Positions 1-7,665 of a stretch of DNA of 26,768 nucleotides are shown piece after piece; positions within the stretch are counted from its first letter, which is position 1, and each line of letters starts with the position of its first letter. Position numbers and translations under genes: made by a program. Under the pieces are notes generated by a model. The model searched no databases. It was not told the DNA's origin and worked only from the letters and a program-made list of their open reading frames with translations. The DNA comes from a virus (lineage: Duplodnaviria > Caudoviricetes), in the IMG/VR virus record IMGVR_UViG_3300049164_000015, positions 1 through 26,768 of that record; one strand, 5' to 3'.

Positions 1-54
1 CTCGTCCACCTCGACGAAGAAGCGAACAGGGATCTCGTAGCGTCGGGAACGCAT
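1..54 (-). CDS. 5' fragment of hypothetical protein (MRSRRYEIPVRFFVEVDE...), runs off the window
   Basis: ATG at 54, GGAGG RBS at 61-65 (- strand), TGATG overlap with the upstream mini-ORF. Confidence 0.6.
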   Translation of the reverse strand, partial: MRSRRYEIPVRFFVEVDE

Positions 55-143
55 CAATGGCCTCCTGGGGCAGGGCACTGGCTCTTGTGGCAGTTGTGAG
101 TCCAGCACCAGTCTGGACTACGCATCTCCTCTTCAGTGGCCAC
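54..143 (-). CDS. 29-aa Cys/His-rich microprotein (MATEEEMRSPDWCWTHNCHKSQCPAPGGH)
   Basis: Hand translation; GTG start after a G-rich RBS; stop overlaps the next ATG (TGATG). Confidence 0.45.
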   Translation of the reverse strand: MATEEEMRSPDWCWTHNCHKSQCPAPGGH

Positions 144-172
144 CTCAACCCCCTGCTGAATGAATGAAGTTG

Positions 173-252
173 TTCCTCGGGCGGGATTCGAACCCGCAAC
201 CACCCCGTTACAAGACCCGGGTAGGGGTGCTCTGCCGTTGAGCTACCAAGGA
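173..252 (-). tRNA. Atypical tRNA / tRNA-like gene with expanded anticodon arm (possible UGU/Thr anticodon, or pseudo-tRNA)
   Basis: Acceptor TCCTTGG/CCGAGGA, D arm GCTC-AACGGCA-GAGC and T arm GCGGG-TTCGAAT-CCCGC are canonical; anticodon arm is CCCC-TACCCGGGTCTTGTAAC-GGGG (17-nt loop). Confidence 0.7.
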
Positions 253-256
253 AGCG

Positions 257-319
257 GCCAGTGAGGGAGGGGCACGTACTCCCTCGCTGCCTAGGCGCTG
301 TATCAGCGTCCTCACTGGC
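257..319. ncRNA. Candidate structured RNA unit (three-way junction) between the tRNAs
   Basis: Perfect 10-bp closing stem GCCAGTGAGG/CCTCACTGGC enclosing two hairpins. Confidence 0.4.
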
Positions 320-324
320 ACTTC

Positions 325-389
325 GGCAGAGTGCTGCTAGCACGCCACGGCTCACCACCGGGGGAGGCTCTTAGCCCCATCACTCTGCC
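325..389 (-). ncRNA. Candidate structured RNA unit (multi-way junction) between the tRNAs
   Basis: Perfect 9-bp closing stem GGCAGAGTG/CACTCTGCC; internal hairpins GGGGCT/AGCCTC and CGGT/GCCG need G-U pairs that only work on the - strand. Confidence 0.4.
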
Positions 390-393
390 TTCG

Positions 394-467
394 TCCCGCA
401 GGCTGGACTTGAACCAGCGACCTCCGCCTTATGAGGGCGGCGCTCTGACCAACTGAGCTACCGAGGG
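394..467 (-). tRNA. tRNA-Met(CAT) (elongator Met or Ile2)
   Basis: Cloverleaf CCCTCGG-TA-GCTC AGTTGGTCA GAGC-G-CCGCC CTCATAA GGCGG-AGGTC-GCTGG TTCAAGT CCAGC-CTGCGGG-A; one acceptor-stem mismatch; CCA not encoded. Confidence 0.9.
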
Positions 468-518
468 ATCGACTCGGCAAGGACAGGTCTCCAGGACCAC
501 CGCTTCCTTGCCGAACCG

Positions 519-842
519 TCAGCGGGAGTCGAACTTCCTCGTCTTGGACTTGTGGCAGGGAGCACATAGTGTCCAGAGGTTGTCCAACTCCCAGGAGCCT
601 CCCGCGGCGACCGCGACCAGGTGGTCTACCTCCAGCTCGGATCTCGCTCCGCAGCTCTGGCAGGTGAACCGGTCCCGGGCCAAGACCTGAGCCCTGATTG
701 AGGCCCAGTTGCTTGGTCGGCTCTGGTTCCTGGCAGACACGTTCTGCCAGGGCTTCCGGGTCTGGTGGTCTCTGCACCGGCCATCCCGGAAGGTCTTGGA
801 GGTGCAGCCGGCTCGCAGACAGATGCTTGACGCTCTGGGCAC
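519..842 (-). CDS. HNH endonuclease (terminase-associated type)
   Basis: RDRFTCQSCG...EVDHLVAVAAGG...NLWTLCAPCHKSKT motif; GTG at 842 with GGAGGT RBS, shorter than the track ORF. Confidence 0.9.
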   Translation of the reverse strand: MPRASSICLRAGCTSKTFRDGRCRDHQTRKPWQNVSARNQSRPSNWASIRAQVLARDRFTCQSCGARSELEVDHLVAVAAGGSWELDNLWTLCAPCHKSKTRKFDSR

Positions 843-926
843 GGGACCTCCAAGAAGTCTTCGGCCCCGGCTGGGTTCTTGTCTGGCAGCCGGGGCCAAC
901 CACCTCCTTGGATCTCTGGGACCTGG

Positions 927-959
927 AAACAAAAAGGCGAGACCTTAAAGGGTCTCGCC
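927..959 (-). terminator. Intrinsic terminator upstream of the HNH gene
   Basis: GGCGAGACC-CTTTAA-GGTCTCGCC followed by TTTTTGTTT on the - strand. Confidence 0.7.
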
Positions 960-1040
960 ACTTCTCAACAGGGAGATCAACAAGAAGGAAACTTAGTGTG
1001 AGTCTCTTCAAGGAGACTCACTAACTACTCTCTTAGTTCT

Positions 1041-1071
1041 AGTGTAACTAGTATCTAGGTCTCGTGTCAAC
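1041..1071 (-). promoter_or_regulatory. Leftward sigma70/HrdB-type promoter overlapping an operator variant
   Basis: TTGACA(1070-1065)-N18-TACACT(1046-1041); the -35 lies in GTTGACACGAGACC, 12/14 match to the repeat. Confidence 0.7.
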
Positions 1072-1127
1072 CTGGTTCCTGATGAACCAGGTACTTACTA
1101 AGTACTTTTCTTTTCTCTCTTCACTAA

Positions 1128-1190
1128 AGACGTCGGTGTCACTGAGTGGGGGTTTGTGACAGCCAAGGAAGAAGTGAGACCCAGATCACA
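1128..1190. repeat. 63-bp diverged direct repeat, copy 1 (copy 2 at 26527-26589)
   Basis: Shared blocks AGAYGTCGGTGTCA, TTTGWGACAG, AAGGAA, TGAGRCYCAGATCACA in the same order and total length. Confidence 0.75.
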
Positions 1191-1411
1191 GCTCTGATGG
1201 CTGGTTCTGACCACTTGCGTTGGCCAAGGGTTAACCACTGCTCTAGAGTCCCCGGCAGGAGGCTCTGTGTGCCTGTATGCAGGGCGTTCGTGTGACTGCT
1301 GAGGCGCCGGCGCAGCGGGTTGGCGCGAGGTCCCAGTAGGTACGTAGATGTATGCAAGGGGTTACTGAGGGGAACGCAACAATCCGGGTCAACGTGAGAC
1401 CTACATCACAC

Positions 1412-1425
1412 GTTGAAACGAGACC
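1412..1425 (+). promoter_or_regulatory. Operator variant upstream of the repressor gene (likely autoregulation)
   Basis: GTTGAAACGAGACC, 12/14 match to the 8-copy repeat. Confidence 0.6.
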
Positions 1426-1522
1426 TGACCAACCTCGTTCTTGGATAGTGTGGTCTTACCGCCGAGTCAGCCGACTTGGGGGAGAGGGCCACTCATGCAC
1501 CCCCCAGGGAAAAGGACATGAC

Positions 1523-2020
1523 ATGCCCGTGAGCAAGCTGCCTTCGGATTACGAGTTGCTGAAGATGCGACATCGGGGGTTCACTGATGCAGAAATCGCC
1601 GCTGAGTATGGTGCCTCCCCTCAAGCAGTGAACAAGCGGCTGGTCAAGCATGAGCGTGTTCGTCCCGTATCCGCACAGGTGAACGATTATCTTGCGGTGC
1701 GATGGAAGATCTGGGCTCCACTTCGGGGGACGGGGCACCACAACCGGTACAGCGCCAAGCGGCTCAAGGAGTGGCTCAGGTGGCGCCTAGGTGACAAGAC
1801 CCTCAGTCAAGATCAGCTCCACCGGGCTCGGGTGTGGGAGGAGCGGATCCGCAGGGAGGACATCGTTCTGTGCTACGACCCTGACAGGCCTGAGGGGTGG
1901 TACTACAGGCCACGAGAGAAACGGGACGGTAACCTTGTTATCGACTGGCCCGAGGAGCTAGGTTTCCCTGACGAGAAGTTGAGGCAAGCTCTACAACTGC
2001 CTGAGGCTGTGAACGACTAA
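1523..2020 (+). CDS. Immunity repressor, L5 gp71 / cluster A-like
   Basis: N-terminal HTH (RHRGFTDAEIAAEYGASPQAVNKRL) and C-terminal VLCYDPDRPEGWYYRPR..DGNLVI pattern typical of this family; ATG at 1523 after AAGGA. Confidence 0.8.
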   Translation: MPVSKLPSDYELLKMRHRGFTDAEIAAEYGASPQAVNKRLVKHERVRPVSAQVNDYLAVRWKIWAPLRGTGHHNRYSAKRLKEWLRWRLGDKTLSQDQLHRARVWEERIRREDIVLCYDPDRPEGWYYRPREKRDGNLVIDWPEELGFPDEKLRQALQLPEAVND

Positions 2021-2034
2021 GGCCTCTGACCTGC

Positions 2035-2070
2035 GAAGACCCCCTGTTGACCAGGGGGTCTTTTCGTTTT
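2035..2070 (+). terminator. Intrinsic terminator after the repressor
   Basis: AAGACCCCCTG-TTGAC-CAGGGGGTCTT followed by TTCGTTTT. Confidence 0.85.
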
Positions 2071-2213
2071 GGAAAGGGTTGCCTAAGTGGAGGCAAAGGA
2101 TCCGGTGATGACGGTCACGTTCACAGGGATGTTGAAGTGTGAAGGGCGTGTGTATGTTTCTGGCCAAGGGGTGAACGCGCTTGCTAGTTCGCTCTCGACA
2201 TGGGGGAGGGCAT

Positions 2214-2546
2214 GTGCTCCGTTTGATCACGTCTGCTGAGGCTCGCAAGTCACCGCAAGACGCACTCGGGATGATCAGCCAAGGCAAGATCGACACCGCT
2301 ACAACGTGGGTCGAGACCTCAGCCCTCCTGATCACGAAGGTAACGGGCGAACCGTTTCGGCAGTACTTCATGCTGGTGATCACCAACATGTTGGACGAGG
2401 AAGACATAGACGAACTCCGAAGATTGGAGGGAGAGTTGGGGAAGAGTCTCGCGGACTGCGTTGTTGAACGAGAGTGGTACGAGAAGGCACACCCAGCGTT
2501 CCCCGGGAGCACCTCCTTCCATGTGGTGACTGTCTATGGAGGGTGA
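2214..2546 (+). CDS. Hypothetical protein
   Basis: ORF with GGGGAGG RBS before GTG 2214. Confidence 0.6.
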   Translation: MLRLITSAEARKSPQDALGMISQGKIDTATTWVETSALLITKVTGEPFRQYFMLVITNMLDEEDIDELRRLEGELGKSLADCVVEREWYEKAHPAFPGSTSFHVVTVYGG

Positions 2547-2636
2547 GCATCCGATCGGTAGGGCCATGTCAGGAAGCGGCATGGTCCTTTTTCATGTCTA
2601 GGCGCAGTCTGTGAGCTGCGCCGGCTAGGAGGACAG

Positions 2637-3443
2637 ATGAGCAGGGACATCACGACACAGCCGCGGTCTGTGAGCCAGACCGAGCAGTATCTAGACAAGT
2701 GCGCCTGGCAGTACAAGCTTCAGCGCATCGACCGAGTGGCCCCGCGGCCGGCCGCATGGTCCTTCCAGGGCACGGCCTTCCACTCGGCTGCTGAGGCTCT
2801 GGAGAAGTCCGGACGAGCCAAGGGTGAAGAGGAGCTGGTTCAGCTCTTCTCGGACCAGTACAGCGCCCTTGTGAACAAGGCTTTGGACCAGGAGCCGGAC
2901 TTGAACCGGTGGATGACAGCCAACAAGAAGCCTGCCGGCCAGGACATCGAGGAGCGTTATGCCCTCGGACAGAAGCAGGTACAGGACTACGTCCGGTGGT
3001 CCAACGAGAACAAGCCGGTGACCTCGTACGTCAAGGGAGACGATGGCGAGCCCAAGGTGGGCTTGGAGCTGTACTTCAAGGTTGAGTTGGGAGGCGTAGT
3101 CGTCCGTGGCTACATTGATCACCTGGTGAGCGAGGAGGACAACACGGATCGGGTTCGTGACTGGAAGACTGGCTCAACCAAGTCCTTGTTCCAGCTTCAG
3201 ACGTACAAGGTGGCGGTGGAGAAGCAGTGGGGTCTCACGGTCAACCGCGGGGACTGGTACTTCGGGAAGACTGGCGGGCTTTCAAAGACAGTCGACCTCT
3301 CTGAGGTGACAGAGGATCAGGTTGCAGCTCGGTACGTCGCCATGGACCAGGGCGTGAAGGCCGGCCGCTTTGAGGCCACGCCAGGCTTCCACTGCAACTT
3401 CTGTGACGTGTCGCACGCTTGCAGGTTTTCTCGTACTCGCTAG
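2637..3443 (+). CDS. Cas4/RecB-like PD-(D/E)XK exonuclease
   Basis: GTAFH, RGYIDHL...DWKTG...QLQTY motifs; N-terminal Cys plus C-terminal CNFCDVSHAC (Fe-S ligands); AGGAGG RBS. Confidence 0.9.
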   Translation: MSRDITTQPRSVSQTEQYLDKCAWQYKLQRIDRVAPRPAAWSFQGTAFHSAAEALEKSGRAKGEEELVQLFSDQYSALVNKALDQEPDLNRWMTANKKPAGQDIEERYALGQKQVQDYVRWSNENKPVTSYVKGDDGEPKVGLELYFKVELGGVVVRGYIDHLVSEEDNTDRVRDWKTGSTKSLFQLQTYKVAVEKQWGLTVNRGDWYFGKTGGLSKTVDLSEVTEDQVAARYVAMDQGVKAGRFEATPGFHCNFCDVSHACRFSRTR

Positions 3444-3473
3444 GTTGATTCGAGACCCACCCTGTGTCATACT
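3444..3473 (+). promoter_or_regulatory. Operator repeat copy 1 fused to a promoter
   Basis: GTTGATTCGAGACC 3444-3457; TTGATT-N17-CATACT. Confidence 0.8.
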
Positions 3474-3527
3474 GGAAGTAGAGGGAACAGGGGCCCGCAG
3501 TCAGGGCCCCCTCCCTCGGCCCTCTAA

Positions 3528-3541
3528 GTTGATTCGAGACC
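3528..3541 (+). promoter_or_regulatory. Operator/stoperator repeat copy 2
   Basis: Exact GTTGATTCGAGACC directly before an RBS. Confidence 0.8.
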
Positions 3542-3552
3542 TAGGAGTGGAA

Positions 3553-3810
3553 GTGATCCGCAACAAGCGAGGTGAGTCCCTCACTGAAGAGCAGCTCGAC
3601 GAGGTTCTGTCAGCGTCAGCCATGGTGCTGGTGGGCATGGGAGCGGCTCTGGAGCAGGAGCCGGCTGAAGAGGCAGACAAGATTCCGCCCCTCGCTCTGG
3701 CGCTGATCGTCTCCTATCTCTCCCTTCACCACGAGGTCCCGCGTGAACGGGCAATGGACGTGGCTGAGGCCTTCATCAATGACTACATGAAGCGGGTTGA
3801 TGGCGAGTGA
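3553..3810 (+). CDS. Hypothetical protein
   Basis: AGGAG RBS, GTG 3553, GTGA overlap with the next gene. Confidence 0.7.
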   Translation: MIRNKRGESLTEEQLDEVLSASAMVLVGMGAALEQEPAEEADKIPPLALALIVSYLSLHHEVPRERAMDVAEAFINDYMKRVDGE

Positions 3811-4061
3811 AGCAGGTCAGCATCAGTCTTCGTGAGGAAGAGACGGTCTACGTTGCCGGCTCAAGCATCGAAGATGCTCAGCGTCGCCGGGGAGACCACA
3901 GGGCTTATGGCTCTGTGGAGGGAGATACGCCGGCTGAGGCCTGGGATCGACTCGGCTACTTCGAGCGTGAGGAGTCCGGTGACGAGTTCGAGGTCTTCAA
4001 GTTCGTGAGTTCCACTCAGATCACCAAGGTTGACCCACCCTACTTCTCGGAGCTGACGTGA
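3807..4061 (+). CDS. Hypothetical protein
   Basis: 4-bp overlaps with both neighbours. Confidence 0.7.
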   Translation: MKQVSISLREEETVYVAGSSIEDAQRRRGDHRAYGSVEGDTPAEAWDRLGYFEREESGDEFEVFKFVSSTQITKVDPPYFSELT

Positions 4062-4300
4062 CTGCCAAGGAAGCTCTGGTCTTGACTCTCACTAGCTCCC
4101 TCGCTGTGACCCGAGTTGGCCGGCTGGACGACATCCGCAAGGAAGCGGAGCGGCTGGTTAGCGAGGCTCTGAAGGAGCAGGCCAGGAGTCTTGAAGCCAA
4201 GATCTACGAAGGGGTCTCGAACCTTCCCGAGGGGAGTGACTGGTTCTCGGGCATGTTCGACGCCCGAGACATAGTCAGGGCGGAGGGCCAGAAGTGCTGA
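4058..4300 (+). CDS. Hypothetical protein
   Basis: 4-bp overlap, operon context. Confidence 0.7.
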   Translation: MTAKEALVLTLTSSLAVTRVGRLDDIRKEAERLVSEALKEQARSLEAKIYEGVSNLPEGSDWFSGMFDARDIVRAEGQKC

Positions 4301-4395
4301 TTGGTCTGATCGTGGTCGTCACTCTGTCCGTTGGCTTCGTACTCGGCTTCGTGGCGAAGCCGGAAGAGACTCCTCTGAAGGGATCCTCGAAGTGA
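4294..4395 (+). CDS. 33-aa single-TM membrane peptide (MLIGLIVVVTLSVGFVLGFVAKPEETPLKGSSK)
   Basis: Hand translation; GGAGG RBS; fills the gap and overlaps the next gene by GTGA. Confidence 0.6.
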   Translation: MLIGLIVVVTLSVGFVLGFVAKPEETPLKGSSK

Positions 4396-4586
4396 TTGCT
4401 CTGTACCTGCTGATCGGCGCCGGCCTCACCGCAGTTGAGGCTTGGATTGCCATGCTCCTTATCGGAGCTGTTCACGCGAATGTGCCTGAGGTTCCGGACT
4501 TCAACTACACGGGTGCTCTCTGGCTGGTCATCCTGGTCAATGTTCTCGTGGGAGGAGCTGTCAACATCTCGAAGGCGGGAGACTGA
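4392..4586 (+). CDS. Small two-TM membrane protein
   Basis: Two hydrophobic stretches; 4-bp overlap. Confidence 0.7.
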   Translation: MIALYLLIGAGLTAVEAWIAMLLIGAVHANVPEVPDFNYTGALWLVILVNVLVGGAVNISKAGD

Positions 4587-4587
4587 A

Positions 4588-4974
4588 GTGAACTCCTGGA
4601 ACCATGCCCAGTCCGCGGCGCGGAAGTGGGGCGGAACTCCTGAGGACTACCTACCTATTCAGGAGTACATAGATAGCTCCAAGCAGATCATCGGGGATGT
4701 CCGTCACCGTGCCATCTACCACCACACCCTTGGTGTGTGGCTCGTTCAGCAGAAGTTCGGTCCTGTCCTCGAAGTGGTCAAGGGCAACCGGACTGTGAAG
4801 GTGCCGACTCGGCTCATTGCTGAACGACACATCATCGAAGACCTGGGGTGGCTTCCGTCGCCGGCTGACTATCTCAAGAACACCCCTGTTGAGAAGTGGA
4901 TGTCCGGTTCTCAGCGCAAGGAAGTCCCTCTCTCAACTCTTCTCCTCAACCAGCCTTCGGAGGCTTCAGCATGA
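4588..4974 (+). CDS. DUF6915-like protein
   Basis: HAQSAARKWGGTPEDYLPI..IDSSK..DVRHRAIYHH..AERHIIEDLG pattern; GTG 4588. Confidence 0.7.
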   Translation: MNSWNHAQSAARKWGGTPEDYLPIQEYIDSSKQIIGDVRHRAIYHHTLGVWLVQQKFGPVLEVVKGNRTVKVPTRLIAERHIIEDLGWLPSPADYLKNTPVEKWMSGSQRKEVPLSTLLLNQPSEASA

Positions 4975-5489
4975 CGACTGACACCAACTTCCTCGGTATG
5001 CCTGTGTCCGGTGACATCACTGAGGGATCGACTCGTACTGATCAGAAGCCCATTGAGGAGCTTGCTCCGCTCTTCCAGGCCCTCGTTGATGACCCGACGA
5101 TTGTAGAGTTTGGTTGGACTCAGTACACGCCCTACTTCGATGATGGTGACGTTTGTGAGTTCGAAGTTCACTACACCTGGGTTCGGACCACGGCTGAGGC
5201 TGAGGGAGCTGTGGACGAGTACGGGGAAGAGTACGAGTCTTACGGCCTAAACGTTGACTATCACCCGAGCCTTGGCACGGTGAAGAAGGACTGGGACGCA
5301 GAGGCCCAGGAGTACGTGAACAAGCGCTACGAGGGCCCTGACGAGGACCGCTACAACCGGTGCCAGGATCTCGATGGCGCTCTTCAGTCCGGATCCTATG
5401 ACAATGTACTACTGAAGAACTTCGGTGAACACGCCATGGTAACCGTCCGCAAGGACGGGATCGAGGTTGAGCACTACTCCCACGACTGA
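4971..5489 (+). CDS. Acidic hypothetical phage protein (WTQYTPYFDDGDVCEF motif)
   Basis: GGAGG RBS, ATGA overlap with the DUF6915-like gene. Confidence 0.75.
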   Translation: MTTDTNFLGMPVSGDITEGSTRTDQKPIEELAPLFQALVDDPTIVEFGWTQYTPYFDDGDVCEFEVHYTWVRTTAEAEGAVDEYGEEYESYGLNVDYHPSLGTVKKDWDAEAQEYVNKRYEGPDEDRYNRCQDLDGALQSGSYDNVLLKNFGEHAMVTVRKDGIEVEHYSHD

Positions 5490-5509
5490 CCCTCCTTTTT
5501 GGCTTTATA

Positions 5510-5551
5510 GTTGATTCGAGACCTTGCGGGGCCCGGTATCTGCCGGGCCCC
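5510..5551 (+). promoter_or_regulatory. Operator repeat copy 3 plus GGGGCCCGG hairpin
   Basis: Exact 14-mer 5510-5523; hairpin 5528-5551. Confidence 0.8.
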
Positions 5552-5571
5552 TTCTCGTTGGAAGGAGACTG

Positions 5572-6402
5572 ATGTACTCACTCGTCCAGAGTGCACGCAT
5601 CAAGGGCTCAGCGGGTGAGCCAATCCCCAACCCGTCCAAGGCACTTCAGAAGCTCGATGTCGAGTTCCGCCGCGGTGAGCTGTCCCTTGCTGCTGCCGGC
5701 CCGGGTACGGGCAAGTCGCTCCTGGCGCTGAACCTCGCACTTCACGGATCCATGCCCGTCATGTACTGGTCCGCGGACTCGAACGCTGCGACACAGCTCT
5801 CCAGGGCTACGTCCATCCTGACTGGGGACGACGTTCGGAGCGTGAAGAAGGCGCTCCTGGAGGACAAGTTCGGAGAGTACGAACGAGTCCTCGGGGACAA
5901 GTGGTGGATTCGCATGTCCTACGAAGCCATGCCGACTCCTCAGGACATGGAAGCGGACCTGGAGATCTATTACGAAGTTTTCGGCTGCTACCCGCATTTG
6001 GCCGTGGTCGACAACATCACCAACGTGGACAACGGCGGTGCCGGGGATGCCGAGAGCTTCACATTTGGGCTCGAAGGTATGTGCGAGTACCTCAACGACA
6101 TGGCGAGGGAGACCGAGGCTCATGTCCAGGCCCTACACCATGTAACAGGGGAATACTCCGATGGTCTCAAGCCCATTCCGCTGAGTGGAGTCAAAGGCAA
6201 GATCGGCCGTGTGCCGTCTCTGATCCTGACCATTCACCGGGACCCGGACGAGCAGAACATGAACCGGGTGTTGAACATCTCACCTGTGAAGAACCGTGAG
6301 GGCTTCGCAGACGCCTCGGGCAACACCTTCGCCAAGCTGGAGCTGGACAGTCAGACGCTTCGCTTGAAGGACCACGCAGACGCTATGGGCATCATCTTCT
6401 AG
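5572..6402 (+). CDS. DnaB-like (SF4/RecA-fold) helicase
   Basis: Walker A AGPGTGKS, Walker B AVVDNI, C-terminal KNREG; AGGAG RBS before ATG 5572. Confidence 0.88.
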   Translation: MYSLVQSARIKGSAGEPIPNPSKALQKLDVEFRRGELSLAAAGPGTGKSLLALNLALHGSMPVMYWSADSNAATQLSRATSILTGDDVRSVKKALLEDKFGEYERVLGDKWWIRMSYEAMPTPQDMEADLEIYYEVFGCYPHLAVVDNITNVDNGGAGDAESFTFGLEGMCEYLNDMARETEAHVQALHHVTGEYSDGLKPIPLSGVKGKIGRVPSLILTIHRDPDEQNMNRVLNISPVKNREGFADASGNTFAKLELDSQTLRLKDHADAMGIIF

Positions 6403-6410
6403 GAGGAATC

Positions 6411-6746
6411 TTGTCGTTCAACATTGGGGACACGGTTACGCACACTCAGGGCAAGGGTGCCATCGTGTATGGCCCCTTCCTGGGGCTTAGCAACTTTGAG
6501 CCGCGGTACCTGATCAAGAAGGAGAACGGGGAGCACTTCACTGGTGGAGAGAGCTACCTGACGCCTGTATCGAAGTTCGAGGTGGGGCAGAAGGTCACGT
6601 TCGAGTACAGCCCCGAGGGGGAGTCCTTCGAGGTGATGGCCGGCCCCTTCAAGGACTTCGAGGGGGATGTGTTCTGGGTCGTTAGGGACAGCAAGGGTGC
6701 CGACGACATGGCGTATGAGACGCACATGGTTCCGGTTGTGGAGTGA
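6411..6746 (+). CDS. Hypothetical protein with two tandem SH3/KOW-like repeats
   Basis: FNIGDTVT..YGPF and FEVGQKVT..AGPF repeats; AGGAGG RBS with TTG start. Confidence 0.75.
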   Translation: MSFNIGDTVTHTQGKGAIVYGPFLGLSNFEPRYLIKKENGEHFTGGESYLTPVSKFEVGQKVTFEYSPEGESFEVMAGPFKDFEGDVFWVVRDSKGADDMAYETHMVPVVE

Positions 6747-6777
6747 TCTAGAACACCCTTCACAACTTCCCCACAAG

Positions 6778-6807
6778 GTTGATTCGAGACCTTCGAACAC
6801 CCATACT
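6778..6807 (+). promoter_or_regulatory. Operator repeat copy 4 fused to a promoter
   Basis: Exact 14-mer 6778-6791; TTGATT-N17-CATACT. Confidence 0.8.
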
Positions 6808-6813
6808 GGAGTT

Positions 6814-7113
6814 ATGAACATGAAGGCGAAGAACACAAGCAACGGGTTCGGCATTCAGAGGGACATCACGGCGGACGGAGCGGTGATCTACCTCCGCATC
6901 ACGAACCCTCGCCGGCTGAACGTCAAGCTTCTCGGGGAAGTCCTCCTCCGGTACCTCCAGGGTGGTTACAAGACCCTGGTTCTGGACCAGGGCGTGTTCT
7001 CCCGGAAGAAGATGGGGCTCCTTGAGTTCCTCGGCCAGCTCCAAGCCGCGTTCAACGAGAGCCGGCTTCTTTTTTTGGAGCGTAAGTTGATTCGAGACCC
7101 CAGTGTCCGATAG
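6814..7113 (+). CDS. Hypothetical protein (possibly leaderless mRNA)
   Basis: ATG 6814 is 7 nt after the -10 box; alternative ATG 6820. Confidence 0.6.
   Translation: MNMKAKNTSNGFGIQRDITADGAVIYLRITNPRRLNVKLLGEVLLRYLQGGYKTLVLDQGVFSRKKMGLLEFLGQLQAAFNESRLLFLERKLIRDPSVR
7086..7099 (+). promoter_or_regulatory. Operator/stoperator repeat copy 5
   Basis: Exact 14-mer, 3 nt before the EndoVII start. Confidence 0.8.
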
Positions 7114-7525
7114 GACTCGGAAGTGCACGAAGTGCACGAAGAACCGAGCGCTGAGGTTCTTCACTCCGCGGGGCCGGATCTGTGCCGACTGTCGGAAGAA
7201 GTCTAGGAGCAAGGCTTCCCACGCCAACCGCGTGCAGGACGTCTACGGCCTGGAGTCCGGCGAGTACGAGGCCCTTCTTGCAGCTCAGGGCGGTGTCTGC
7301 GCCATCTGTGGTCAGGGCCGCAAGTACAGGTTGAACGTCGATCACTGTCACAAGACGGGACGAGCCCGAGGCCTCCTCTGCCGGCTCTGCAACGGCCGGC
7401 TCCTCACGGCAGCTCGGGACAACCCCGACACCCTTCGCCGCGGTGCGGCGTACCTCGAAAACCCTCCCGCTCTTCAGCACCTCGGAGTGCGGCTTCACAA
7501 GGACTTCCGAAAGGACATCGACTGA
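7103..7525 (+). CDS. Endonuclease VII (Holliday junction resolvase-like)
   Basis: YGL..EYEALLAAQGGVCAICG..LNVDHCHKTG..RGLLCRLCN motif. Confidence 0.9.
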   Translation: MSDRTRKCTKCTKNRALRFFTPRGRICADCRKKSRSKASHANRVQDVYGLESGEYEALLAAQGGVCAICGQGRKYRLNVDHCHKTGRARGLLCRLCNGRLLTAARDNPDTLRRGAAYLENPPALQHLGVRLHKDFRKDID

Positions 7526-7665
7526 TGGACGTCTCTAACTCCCGTGAGTGGATCGGCAATCACGAGTTCATGAAGCAGCTCGACCGTGAGTACAGCTTCC
7601 CCGTCAACGTCTACCGGGAGAACGAGGATGGCACGCGGGACCTGGTCCGGATCGACCCCGCCTAA
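7525..7665 (+). CDS. 46-aa hypothetical protein (MDVSNSREWIGNHEFMKQLDREYSFPVNVYRENEDGTRDLVRIDPA)
   Basis: Hand translation; TGATG overlap, AAGGA RBS. Confidence 0.55.
   Translation: MDVSNSREWIGNHEFMKQLDREYSFPVNVYRENEDGTRDLVRIDPA

Noticed and set aside
60-393. Theta/HDV-like ribozymes 3' of the tRNAs
   Set aside because: Could not build the nested double pseudoknot; the downstream units are simple closed stems or a mini-ORF
352-1011. 219-aa - strand ORF
   Set aside because: Overlaps the HNH gene in another frame, the terminator and tRNA-Met; low-complexity translation
1131-1161. ECF41-type promoter (TGTCACA..CGTC) within the 63-bp repeat
   Set aside because: Spacer is 22 nt, too long for the ~16-nt consensus
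1352-1522. 57-aa N-terminal extension of the repressor
   Set aside because: Covers operator and CRP-like sites; family-like sequence and an RBS start at 1523
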